DNA of 64,000 nt from Candidatus Bathyarchaeota archaeon (lineage in GTDB: Archaea > Thermoproteota > Bathyarchaeia > Bathyarchaeales > Bathycorpusculaceae), in the NCBI GenBank assembly GCA_963733095.1, contig CAVTBV010000009.1, positions 96,001 to 160,000 on the forward strand. Reading direction: 5' to 3'. The notes below the pieces were generated by a model. That model saw nothing but the letters and a program-made list of their open reading frames with translations. It was not told the origin of the DNA and made no database searches. A program made the translations under genes and the position numbers. Positions 29,519 to 38,181 of this stretch are shown here, piece after piece (the first letter of the stretch is position 1; each line of letters starts with the position of its first letter).

Positions 29519-30964
29519 TTGAAGTCAAAAATGTTACATCTGACAAGACGCAAAAAATTAATCCTGGCAGTAGTAATCGCTGCCGCAGCGATTCTGGGTC
29601 TTTCCAGTTTTTCGTCTATGGTTCATTCTGAAACTGCTGATACCACCCTTACTTTGCCATACACAATAAATACGTATGGTGCCGCATGGGCTGGCACTAT
29701 CGCTTTTGATGTGTCGGGGCCGGGAGATGCTGATTATTTGGTTGTTATGGACACCAACGGAACCGTGCTTAACATGCGTGAGTCCACGACTGCTTATGGT
29801 GGGTCTTCCTACAACATTGCCCCCGACACTTTGCTGTTTCAGGGCGAACCTCAAGTGAATAATGTTAGCTCTGCACCTGTCTTTGCAACCCATATCTGGA
29901 ACTTCGTAGATAACATCACACAGGATTTTCCCAACGTTGAAGGCCACCATGACATCCAATATGACCCAGACAACGACACTTTCCTTGTCTTGCAGGACTA
30001 TACCAGAGACATCAACGGCACATCCGTGCTCTTCGATAAGATTCTTCAACTCGACGCTGCAGGCAACACCCTGTGGAGCTGGGACACCTATGACCATATA
30101 CCTCTAAGTGAAGCTTCACCATTTAACGAAACCTCGACACTCAGTGACGGGCAAGTTGTGTCAGATTTTACTCATGCTAATACCCTTGACTGGGACTACA
30201 ACCAAGGCATTATTTACTTAAACATCCGCAACACCAACACATTCTACAAGATCGATCAAACCACAGGGGATATAATCTGGGCATGCGGTGAATTTGGCAA
30301 TTTTACTCTCCTCGATGACAGCGGCAACGCGGTTTCCAGTTTGTGGTACCACAGCCATGACGTCAAAGAAGTAGCTCCAGACGTTTTCACCATGTTTAAC
30401 AATGACTATAACAACAACACTAATCCTGATGACTGCCGAAGTAGCTTACTAGAGTTAACGCTTAACGAAACAAGCATGACGGCGTACGTGAACTGGAGCT
30501 GGGAAGCACCCAAACAATACTGGAACAGCTATGGAGGAGCAACCGTCATTTTACCCAACGGTGATTACCTTGGAGACTTCGGCGATCCCAACCACCAATT
30601 TACGCAAAACCAGTCTTGGGACTTCAACAACACGGGCGCTGTACTGGTTGAAGTGAACCCTGGAGGGCAAATTGTTAGAACCTGGACATTTCCAGTAGGC
30701 TGGTACAGCTACCGCGTCACGGCAGTAACCGACTTTACCCTTTCCCCTTATGCGAGTCCATCCCCAACTACCAACCCAACCACATCCCAGAACACACCAA
30801 CTCCAACAGCCTCGCCGACTCCAACCCAAGGGTCCAAGAATCCCTCCACAAACATCACTGACTATTCTGTTGCCGCAATCATCGCAATAGCAATAATGAT
30901 CGCATTAGCCGCTACCATCTATCTGCGAAAAATCAAACACAAAACCGCGTTAAGCAACAAATGA
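29519..30964 (+). CDS. Arylsulfate sulfotransferase (ASST)-like surface protein
   Basis: HHD, DFTHANT, HSHDV, FNN motifs; signal peptide, PT linker, TM anchor. Confidence 0.8.
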   Translation: MKSKMLHLTRRKKLILAVVIAAAAILGLSSFSSMVHSETADTTLTLPYTINTYGAAWAGTIAFDVSGPGDADYLVVMDTNGTVLNMRESTTAYGGSSYNIAPDTLLFQGEPQVNNVSSAPVFATHIWNFVDNITQDFPNVEGHHDIQYDPDNDTFLVLQDYTRDINGTSVLFDKILQLDAAGNTLWSWDTYDHIPLSEASPFNETSTLSDGQVVSDFTHANTLDWDYNQGIIYLNIRNTNTFYKIDQTTGDIIWACGEFGNFTLLDDSGNAVSSLWYHSHDVKEVAPDVFTMFNNDYNNNTNPDDCRSSLLELTLNETSMTAYVNWSWEAPKQYWNSYGGATVILPNGDYLGDFGDPNHQFTQNQSWDFNNTGAVLVEVNPGGQIVRTWTFPVGWYSYRVTAVTDFTLSPYASPSPTTNPTTSQNTPTPTASPTPTQGSKNPSTNITDYSVAAIIAIAIMIALAATIYLRKIKHKTALSNK

Positions 30965-31090
30965 TACCCTAAAACAATTCACTGGCACGGATCGTTGTTA
31001 AAACTCCAATTTTTATGAACATAAATCAAAAACAACGATAACAGCAGTCTCTACTTAATGCTTGAAAAATAAAAAAAGAGTTAAAAAAGG

Positions 31091-32365
31091 TCACTTATGG
31101 CGTTTTCTTAGCGCAACTGCGATGGCAGCAACGATTACCACAACTATGACTACTGCTGCGATTATGTAGTAGGTTGTGTAAGATACTCCCGTGCCTGTAC
31201 CGCTTCCGTTTTGTCCTAATGCATAGAATATGCCGTCGTAGGCGCCGAAGTAAGCAACTCCGTTAACGACTGCTGGTGAAGAGTAGATATTGTCATTGGT
31301 TTGGTAGCTCCAGATTTGGTCGCCATTTTGCGCATTGACTGCGTAGGCTGTGTTGCCCAACGTAGATGTTACGTATACCGTGTTGCCGATGACTGCTGGA
31401 CCCGTGGTTATTCCTTCGTTAGCTGTGAATGTCCATTTCTGTGCGCCCGTTGCTGCTTCTAATGCATAGAGTTTATGGTCAAAAGCGCCACCGGTGTAGA
31501 TTACGCCGTTGGCAAAAGCAGGCGAAGCCTGAACGCATTGGTCATAACCAGTTGAGACCTTCCAGACTAAAGCGCCGTTGTCAGCGTTTAACGCGTATGT
31601 GTTGTTATCAAAGCTGCCGATGAAAACTTTGCCGTCCGCTACAACAGGCGAGGACGCAACAACGCTTTCTGTTGCGAAACTCCATTTTTGGACACCCGTT
31701 GAAGCATCGACCGCATAAGTGTTGTTATCATATGAACCAAAATACACAACACCGTTCACAACCGCGGGAGCAGAGGTAACGAATCCACCTGTGGTAAAAT
31801 TCCAAATGGGCATTCCAGAAGTCTCGTCTATTGCCCAAAGTTTGTTGTCGTTTGAACCTGCATAGACTACGCCATTTGCAATCGTTGGGGGACCTTCAGC
31901 ATCGCTGCCGGTAATGCATTTCCAAACTTGGTCGCCCGTGGTGGCATTCAATGCATAGATGGCGTGGTCGTCTGAACCGACAAAAACCAGACCGTCAGCA
32001 ACCGCGGGAGACGTGTATATTTTAGCGCTGGCTGAGAAGTTCCAGATTTTTGTTCCATCCTTAGCATTCAGAGCATAGAGGTCGTTGTTTGAAGTGTTAA
32101 AGTATCCTTTGTCGGAAGAAGTAAAGTAGACTACGCCGTTGACTATCGCTGGGGAAGATAGCACCCATCCGTTTGTGTTGAAAGTCCAGAGAGTCTGGTT
32201 TGTGCTGGGTCCATTAGCATCAACATAGCCAGTGTGTGCTACGTCATGGTGGAACATCGGCCAAGATTCATCGCCTTGAGCGTTAACAGTGATTGAAACC
32301 GATAAAATAGCTGATAAGCAGAGAATTGTCAAAGTTAATACCGCATAAAATTTTTTCATAAACAA
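31091..32365 (-). CDS. Secreted, anchored PQQ-like (BamB-type) beta-propeller protein
   Basis: WPMFHHD..HTG, repeated SSPA...G.VY.GS.D...YAL blades; paralog of 11525-13219. Confidence 0.9.
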   Translation of the reverse strand: MFMKKFYAVLTLTILCLSAILSVSITVNAQGDESWPMFHHDVAHTGYVDANGPSTNQTLWTFNTNGWVLSSPAIVNGVVYFTSSDKGYFNTSNNDLYALNAKDGTKIWNFSASAKIYTSPAVADGLVFVGSDDHAIYALNATTGDQVWKCITGSDAEGPPTIANGVVYAGSNDNKLWAIDETSGMPIWNFTTGGFVTSAPAVVNGVVYFGSYDNNTYAVDASTGVQKWSFATESVVASSPVVADGKVFIGSFDNNTYALNADNGALVWKVSTGYDQCVQASPAFANGVIYTGGAFDHKLYALEAATGAQKWTFTANEGITTGPAVIGNTVYVTSTLGNTAYAVNAQNGDQIWSYQTNDNIYSSPAVVNGVAYFGAYDGIFYALGQNGSGTGTGVSYTTYYIIAAVVIVVVIVAAIAVALRKRHK

Positions 32366-32544
32366 TCAACTTACTATGTACAACTAGCTGTCTTTTGGAT
32401 TTATATATTGCCCCTGAAACGTAAGGGCTTTTAGTTTTTTAATTTTGGTTGTTGGGTGTGTGCAGTCACATATTTTTAATAACTATCCAATCGCTAAGGT
32501 ACTTGTTTTATGCCTGTCCGATTTTATGTCGGAGGTGAATGTTT

Positions 32545-32715
32545 ATGACTGAAAATAATGACTGTTCTGATTGCAAGAGCACAGCGCCCCGAGTGACTGT
32601 TCCTGAGCCTGAAATGACCAAGGACAAAAAATTCAAGTGCCCCATCGACCAAGAAGTTTACGATAACCGCCATGATTACAAGACGCACTGCAAAGAAGAA
32701 CATGATGTCCTATAA
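32545..32715 (+). CDS. 56-aa C2H2-like Zn-finger peptide
   Basis: MTENNDCSDC...FKCPIDQEVYDNRHDYKTHCKEEHDVL; SD-like ggaggtga upstream. Confidence 0.65.
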   Translation: MTENNDCSDCKSTAPRVTVPEPEMTKDKKFKCPIDQEVYDNRHDYKTHCKEEHDVL

Positions 32716-32775
32716 ACGTGTAAACTACAATTTGACTAAAGTTGTGAATAGGTCCTGTATGGAGCGCATGGCTGC

Positions 32776-32931
32776 CTAACGGATTGCTTCATCTATTTTT
32801 TGGTCACGTTTTGTTCGGGTGACTTCTTTGAATAGTTCCAAGCATTCTTCTTTTGTTGGCGCCTCAATGCCTATACTGCCATAGGCACCTATGTCGATTC
32901 TGTATTTTCTTTTGTCTTCACTTTGGCTCAT
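32776..32931 (-). CDS. 51-aa hypothetical protein
   Basis: MSQSEDKRKYRIDIGAYGSIGIEAPTKEECLELFKEV...; purine-rich leader. Confidence 0.5.
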   Translation of the reverse strand: MSQSEDKRKYRIDIGAYGSIGIEAPTKEECLELFKEVTRTKRDQKIDEAIR

Positions 32932-32979
32932 TTTAGCCCCTCTCCCCTTTCAATAGAGTTCAATTATCCATGTACACAA

Positions 32980-33762
32980 TTATAAGGTTAATGTATGATC
33001 ACTCAGTAAATCGAGGCTCTTTTTAGCATTAAAAACCACAAAAACCGAATTCCTCAGATACCTGCCCATAATCCCGACCAAACCAGCAGCGTTAGTTCCA
33101 AGTTTACAAGTAAGAGCATGCTCAAACATCCCCAAAGTCTCAACGTCAATCACATCCCGAGTCAACCGAGTTCGCTCAAGCACGTTATCGATCATTTCCT
33201 TTGAGGCGCCCAAAATGATTAGCCTATCCAAAAGAGACAACTGCCAAGCATGAAGCTTCTCAACCTGCTCCTCAGAAAGTTCAGCCTGAAACTCTTCAAC
33301 TTCACCAGTAATTGGGGGAACCGGTTTTATGCTTAATGGGGCGCGTTCCGCCAAAGCAAAAGTTTCTGCGATTTTTTTCAAATCAGCTTTTCTACCCTCG
33401 AATAGCTGAGCTTGCAAAGAAGCCAAAGAAACAGTTGCCAAAACTATTTTGGGTTCAAAAATCCCAACATCCACAACCAACTCTTGCTTGCCAAAGTCAA
33501 CCTTAGAAACATACCCTCTAAGCACAGGATAGTTTTTGGCGTTTTCAAGGCTTACGGGGCAGGTGCCTATTTCCCTTTTGATGTAGCTTTTGGCTACGGC
33601 TTCGTCTTCACCTGAAAGCGAAACCTGAATCCACCTATTCGCCGGGTTTGTTAAAACTTGAACTTCAACGTCTAGATTTTCAAACTGGTTTTTGAGTAAT
33701 TCATCTATTTGCTTTGCTTGCCCAAGGTTGGAGGCTTTAACTAGTAAAGTTAATGTTGTCAT
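32980..33762 (-). CDS. DUF2110-family conserved archaeal protein
   Basis: SGEDEAVA..YI..EIG, LGMFEHALTCKLGT.AAGL; in the TFE operon. Confidence 0.75.
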   Translation of the reverse strand: MTTLTLLVKASNLGQAKQIDELLKNQFENLDVEVQVLTNPANRWIQVSLSGEDEAVAKSYIKREIGTCPVSLENAKNYPVLRGYVSKVDFGKQELVVDVGIFEPKIVLATVSLASLQAQLFEGRKADLKKIAETFALAERAPLSIKPVPPITGEVEEFQAELSEEQVEKLHAWQLSLLDRLIILGASKEMIDNVLERTRLTRDVIDVETLGMFEHALTCKLGTNAAGLVGIMGRYLRNSVFVVFNAKKSLDLLSDHTLTL

Positions 33763-34289
33763 GGTTTGGTTCCTAGTAGACTGGTTATTTCTTCATGCAG
33801 CTTTCTAACTCTATCTGCTGCTTCAAACTTATTTTTCTTCTGCAGCCGGGCAATCTCCAATTCAATCGGAGCCCGTTTTGATCTATCGATTAGCTTGTCG
33901 GCGTAACAAACAACCTTCTCCTCCAGCGTTTGAGGAGCATAGATGTCTCTTGGCCAGCCAAACTTTGCTGCTTCTTGGGCGGTGATTCCGGCGCCGACAT
34001 GCCGCTTAATTATGTTGATTACGGGTTCTGGTAAGCCCATATTTTGGGCTATTTGTGCTCCGACCAATGAGTGGTCAACGCCATGGGTTTTTGATCGTCC
34101 GAGATCATGCAAAAGTGCACCCGCCTCAACCAACGGAATGTCAATTTTATAGCCTTTCTCTTCAAGTTTGCCTGCAGTTTCCACAGCCAAGCCCGCAACG
34201 GCTACACAGTGGCGTATAACTTGGGGTGGACAGTGGTTTTTGCAGAGAAGTTCAATAGCTTGCTCCCTGCTCGGAAGCCTGCTACTCAC
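33759..34289 (-). CDS. HD-domain phosphohydrolase (TIGR00295-like)
   Basis: VIRHC, LLHDLGR, RHVGAGI, PQTLEEKVVCYAD. Confidence 0.9.
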   Translation of the reverse strand: MSSRLPSREQAIELLCKNHCPPQVIRHCVAVAGLAVETAGKLEEKGYKIDIPLVEAGALLHDLGRSKTHGVDHSLVGAQIAQNMGLPEPVINIIKRHVGAGITAQEAAKFGWPRDIYAPQTLEEKVVCYADKLIDRSKRAPIELEIARLQKKNKFEAADRVRKLHEEITSLLGTKP

Positions 34290-34794
34290 CCAGTTCCTTC
34301 CTTAAAATCTCAACTTTCTCTGAAAGTCTACTTATCATTCTATCGTTTTCAAAATGCACCAGATTTTTACCGCACGTGGAACAATGGAACACCAGTTCAA
34401 CGGCTTCTTCGAACGGAACCCGTTTGCATTCCGGGCTGTCGCAATAATAGAAGTCATGGTTTCTTTCGTACTCTAATCGGACATTGAGTTTTTCTAAAAC
34501 ACGCCTTTTCTGGCTTAAAATGAAGCCTTCAAGTTGGTCGGGCTGCAGTTTCCAATGAAAAATAAACCATCCAGTTTTTGGGTCACGTGTCCTTCGCAGA
34601 CTAACAAGAGAATGGTCATAGAGTTTGTAGAGGATTTTGCGGACTGAATTGAGTCGGATGCCTGTTTTATTCGCGATTTCATCATCCGTTATCTCTTCTA
34701 CGCCTTTGAGATGAGATATAAGTTGTACTGCTTCTTCTCCACCTAACGCCAAAGCCACTTTCGTTAAGGTTGAATCATCAATAGTCGATAACAT
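34282..34794 (-). CDS. tfe: Transcription factor E alpha
   Basis: ITDDEIA..VRKILYKL...TGWFIFHW wHTH plus Zn ribbon. Confidence 0.95.
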   Translation of the reverse strand: MLSTIDDSTLTKVALALGGEEAVQLISHLKGVEEITDDEIANKTGIRLNSVRKILYKLYDHSLVSLRRTRDPKTGWFIFHWKLQPDQLEGFILSQKRRVLEKLNVRLEYERNHDFYYCDSPECKRVPFEEAVELVFHCSTCGKNLVHFENDRMISRLSEKVEILRKELGE

Positions 34795-34856
34795 ACTCTA
34801 CTTTTCCTTTTTATACCCATAATATTGGAACATGCTGGAATAAAACCCTTCCCAAA

Positions 34857-35456
34857 TCAATAAGGTAAATTCACGTTGTTGGTGTGGCTTCTGATTTCTT
34901 TGCCTCTCTCTTTGGGGACAATTTCGATCTTGGCTTTATCAAAGGGTTTACCTAATTCTTTGCCTTCAAAGTAACGGTCCAAAAAAATGGCAAGCGAGGA
35001 ACACTCCGAATGCGGCTGATTTCCAACCGCCACATTAAAGTCTGAGACCTCGCTTGAGTAAAATTCGCCGGGAACCTTCTGGCTTCCCATAAGAAGCATC
35101 ACGTCCTTGTTTGAGGCTTTGATTCTTTTCATTACATCGCTGGTTTGGATATTTTCGCCATAAGCTGTCAAGTGGACTATGACTCCGCCTTTAGCTTTCC
35201 ATTCGCGCACGGCTCTTTTCCAGGGCGTTCCCATCTCAAAATAAAAGTTTCCGCCCCACGTTTTGGTAATTTTGGTGACGGTTTCCTGGATGTGCGAGTC
35301 GAGCGAGTCTGAGAGTATAAAGCCTGATGCACAAAGTGCACGGGCGGTTAGGGCAACATGAGTGGTTAACCTTACGTCGCGCTGTGGTCTGTGACCCCAT
35401 CGTAGCACAAAAATCTGGGGCGCCTCATTGGGCTGGGATGATTTGGAATCTTCCAT
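34857..35456 (-). CDS. trm56: tRNA (cytidine-56-2'-O)-methyltransferase
   Basis: GHRPQRDVRLTTHVALTARA, VHLTAYG, GSQKVP, VGNQPHSE. Confidence 0.95.
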   Translation of the reverse strand: MEDSKSSQPNEAPQIFVLRWGHRPQRDVRLTTHVALTARALCASGFILSDSLDSHIQETVTKITKTWGGNFYFEMGTPWKRAVREWKAKGGVIVHLTAYGENIQTSDVMKRIKASNKDVMLLMGSQKVPGEFYSSEVSDFNVAVGNQPHSECSSLAIFLDRYFEGKELGKPFDKAKIEIVPKERGKEIRSHTNNVNLPY

Positions 35457-36693
35457 TTAACTCTTCCACTTTTCTTCTGACTTGCTCAACCAACGACGGG
35501 GCAGATTCAAAAACCACTTCAACCGTCTCATTAGTAAAGATCTCTTTTTCAATGTGCGTTTTTTGGTGAACCCAAGAGATAAAAGGCATTGCCTTGCCTG
35601 TTAACGGGACAGAAAACTGGGCTTGCTGATAGTTTTCTAGGATTCGCAGAATTTGTTTTCTTAATTCATCAAGGTTTGTTTGGCATTTAGCTGAGAGGAG
35701 GATTGGGTTTTTGACTTTGTCTTTGAGGGCTTCAAGTTTCTGTTGTTGGGCGTCGGGGGTTAGTTTGTCGATTTTGTTTAGGGCTGTTATGGTTGGTATG
35801 TCGCATGCGCCGAGGCGCTCGATTGTTTCGAGGCAAACGTCGTTTTTCTTCTCGATTGTTTCGATAGGCTCGTTTAAGTCTATTAAGATAATTATCAGAT
35901 CGGAGAAGATGGTTTCTTCGAGGGTTGAATGGAATGCTTCAATGAGTGATATGGGTAAGCGGTCGATGAAGCCTACAGTATCTGTGATGAGGAATTTGCG
36001 GTTTGAGAACTCCACCATCCGCGTTGTGGTTGAAAGCGTTGTAAATAAGGCGTTGTCCACTTCGACTGTGTCCTGCGTTAATGCGTTGAAAAGGCTGCTT
36101 TTTCCAGCGTTAGTGTATCCTGCAAGCGAAACAGTGAGAAAACCAAGCTCTGTTCTTCTTTCCCGTTGCAGAATTCTTTTTTCCCGAACATGCTCGAGTT
36201 TTTTGAGGATAGTTTGAACTTGTCGTTTTATGGCGTCTCTGTAAACGTCTGCTTCGTAAGCGCCAAGACCCATGAAGCCTGGTTGTTCGCTACCTTTGGA
36301 TAAGCGCACTTTTTCTCTAGCGTGTTTTAGTTCATTTCGCACTATTGCCAGCTGTATTTGCAGTTGCGCTTCGGTTGTTGTGGCACGTTTTGTGAAGATT
36401 TCTAAGATAAGTTGGAAGCGGTCGATGACTTCGACTTTGGTTGCTTTTGCAAGGTTGTAGACTTGTGTTGTGCGGAGTTGGTTATCAAAAATTACTTTTG
36501 TTGCGCCGGTTTCCTCGACCATTCGGGATAATTCTTCGACTTTGCCCGTGCCAATCTGGTAACGTGAGTCGGGGGGGCGGGTCTGCTCCATCGTGCCGAC
36601 AACGGTGTAGCCAGCAGCTTGGGCTAATGCTTTGAGTTCATCTAAGGTTGACTCTTCACGGTTCAGTCTGCGTTGAGCTATGATGGCTTTCGT
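35425..36693 (-). CDS. hflX: GTPase HflX (coding frame extends 5' of the first ATG at 36591)
   Basis: GYTNAGKS, LFTTL, DTVGF, NKID; upstream in-frame KAII...LDELKALAQAAGYTVV; start uncertain. Confidence 0.92.
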   Translation of the reverse strand, partial: TKAIIAQRRLNREESTLDELKALAQAAGYTVVGTMEQTRPPDSRYQIGTGKVEELSRMVEETGATKVIFDNQLRTTQVYNLAKATKVEVIDRFQLILEIFTKRATTTEAQLQIQLAIVRNELKHAREKVRLSKGSEQPGFMGLGAYEADVYRDAIKRQVQTILKKLEHVREKRILQRERRTELGFLTVSLAGYTNAGKSSLFNALTQDTVEVDNALFTTLSTTTRMVEFSNRKFLITDTVGFIDRLPISLIEAFHSTLEETIFSDLIIILIDLNEPIETIEKKNDVCLETIERLGACDIPTITALNKIDKLTPDAQQQKLEALKDKVKNPILLSAKCQTNLDELRKQILRILENYQQAQFSVPLTGKAMPFISWVHQKTHIEKEIFTNETVEVVFESAPSLVEQVRRKVEELNGRFQIIPAQ

Positions 36694-37244
36694 TTTGTGG
36701 GCTCCTCCCCGCTGTTCTTAAATTCGACGAGGTCCCCTAAAGTCATTTCTTCATTTGCAGCTGCCCTATGAACTTGAGTGGTGGATTTTTCGTCCGCTAT
36801 TGGAACCATCAACTGGATTCTGAGAGCATGCTCCAGCTTGCTGGCTAACTGGTTATTGGGCGCCACCTTGCCTGTTTCGATGTGTCTAAGCAATGAGGCT
36901 TTTTCGTTGATTTTTTTGCCCAAATCTTCGTGGCTTAGGGCAAGCTTTTCTCTTGCAACCCGAATCTTTCCTGCGAACCCATCGACGAGTTCCGTGGTAA
37001 GTTGCACTTGAGTGATAGGTGGCTTTTTCAGAATAACTGGGAGGTGCATCGTTGATTTGGTTGAAGATGAAGATGGGTAACTGGTTACAGTGGTTCTTTG
37101 GGGCGCAGCAGGGAAATCTGCTACTTCATGCAGGATTACTTTTCCATGTTTGGAACACTCTAAACAGACGGTTAATCTGGCTCCTTCAATAACTGCTTTT
37201 ACTGGTTCATCATGTATTTTGCGTCCACAAACTTCACATCTCAA
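36678..37244 (-). CDS. mbf1: Archaeal multiprotein bridging factor 1
   Basis: CEVCG...IEGA.LTVC..C Zn ribbon, HTH, TLGD C-terminus. Confidence 0.93.
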   Translation of the reverse strand: MRCEVCGRKIHDEPVKAVIEGARLTVCLECSKHGKVILHEVADFPAAPQRTTVTSYPSSSSTKSTMHLPVILKKPPITQVQLTTELVDGFAGKIRVAREKLALSHEDLGKKINEKASLLRHIETGKVAPNNQLASKLEHALRIQLMVPIADEKSTTQVHRAAANEEMTLGDLVEFKNSGEEPTKRKPS

Positions 37245-37324
37245 GAAACGTCACCTTTCACTGTGTTTATTATGTTGTTGTGTTTATACTTGTCGAAACA
37301 ACACCCCCTAAACGATGATGATGC

Positions 37325-37792
37325 ATGGAAGACAACTTGGCTAAAATAAGGAGCATTGCGGATTACCAATTTGGTAAGGGCGTAGGTGCACTCCTGTTTC
37401 CCGACAACATTGAAATCCAATATTCTCCGCGGACAGGCAGAATACGCTACATTAACCTCGACGGCGAGCGGTTGGCTACGTTGCGCCCCACCGACGGCGT
37501 GCTTTCATTAAGCCTCAAAGCCGCCCAGTTTATGGCACAAAGCACTCCTTTCGCCAAATGCTTTGTTACTGTTAAAAATGATGTTTCCAAGTTCATTGCT
37601 GCAGGAGGCGACGTTTTTGCAGTTCATGTTGTTAAGGTTGATGAGGAAGTAGGTGCCAAAGACGAAGTCATAGCACTCGACGAGAACGGGCAAGTTTTAG
37701 CAGTTGGACGCACCGTCCTCTCCAGCGACGAAATTAAAGCTTTCAAAACAGGAGTAGCCGTCAAGGTCAGACACGGTAGCCAGAAAAGTTAA
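37325..37792 (+). CDS. PUA-domain protein (archaeosine TGT C-terminal-like)
   Basis: IADYQFG.G, ATLRPTDG, DVFA.HV, GVAVKVRHG. Confidence 0.88.
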   Translation: MEDNLAKIRSIADYQFGKGVGALLFPDNIEIQYSPRTGRIRYINLDGERLATLRPTDGVLSLSLKAAQFMAQSTPFAKCFVTVKNDVSKFIAAGGDVFAVHVVKVDEEVGAKDEVIALDENGQVLAVGRTVLSSDEIKAFKTGVAVKVRHGSQKS

Positions 37793-38181
37793 ATTATCAC
37801 CTGTTTCGTTTTGGTTCAACTTAAAGCCAAGAAGACCTTATTTATTAAAATGGGTTTCAATGATTCTATACTGTCGCAAAATTAAAAAATGCATATAATC
37901 CATTACTTTTTTGGCTTTTATAGGGATCCGAATGGATTCATAGTTGAGAGTTTTTATTTCTCGATTTGAAAACCTAACCATCGCGAGATGTCAAGTTAAT
38001 TTTAACTAATTTGCAAAAAGCTACAGGACGAATTTACGGTGTACCCTGCCACTTTTATACTTTTCCAAAACTATTTAAATTTAAACATTCTATCTATAAA
38101 AGGTTGAGAAAAGCTATTTTCTGAAATTTTTTTTACACTTTCTCAACTAAAAATAAAAAATGAAAGGAAGAAAAAAACAAA

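Noticed and set aside
38103-38147. Inverted repeat gttgagaaa/tttctcaac in the propeller gene leader
   Set aside because: Single short AT-rich repeat with no supporting copies.
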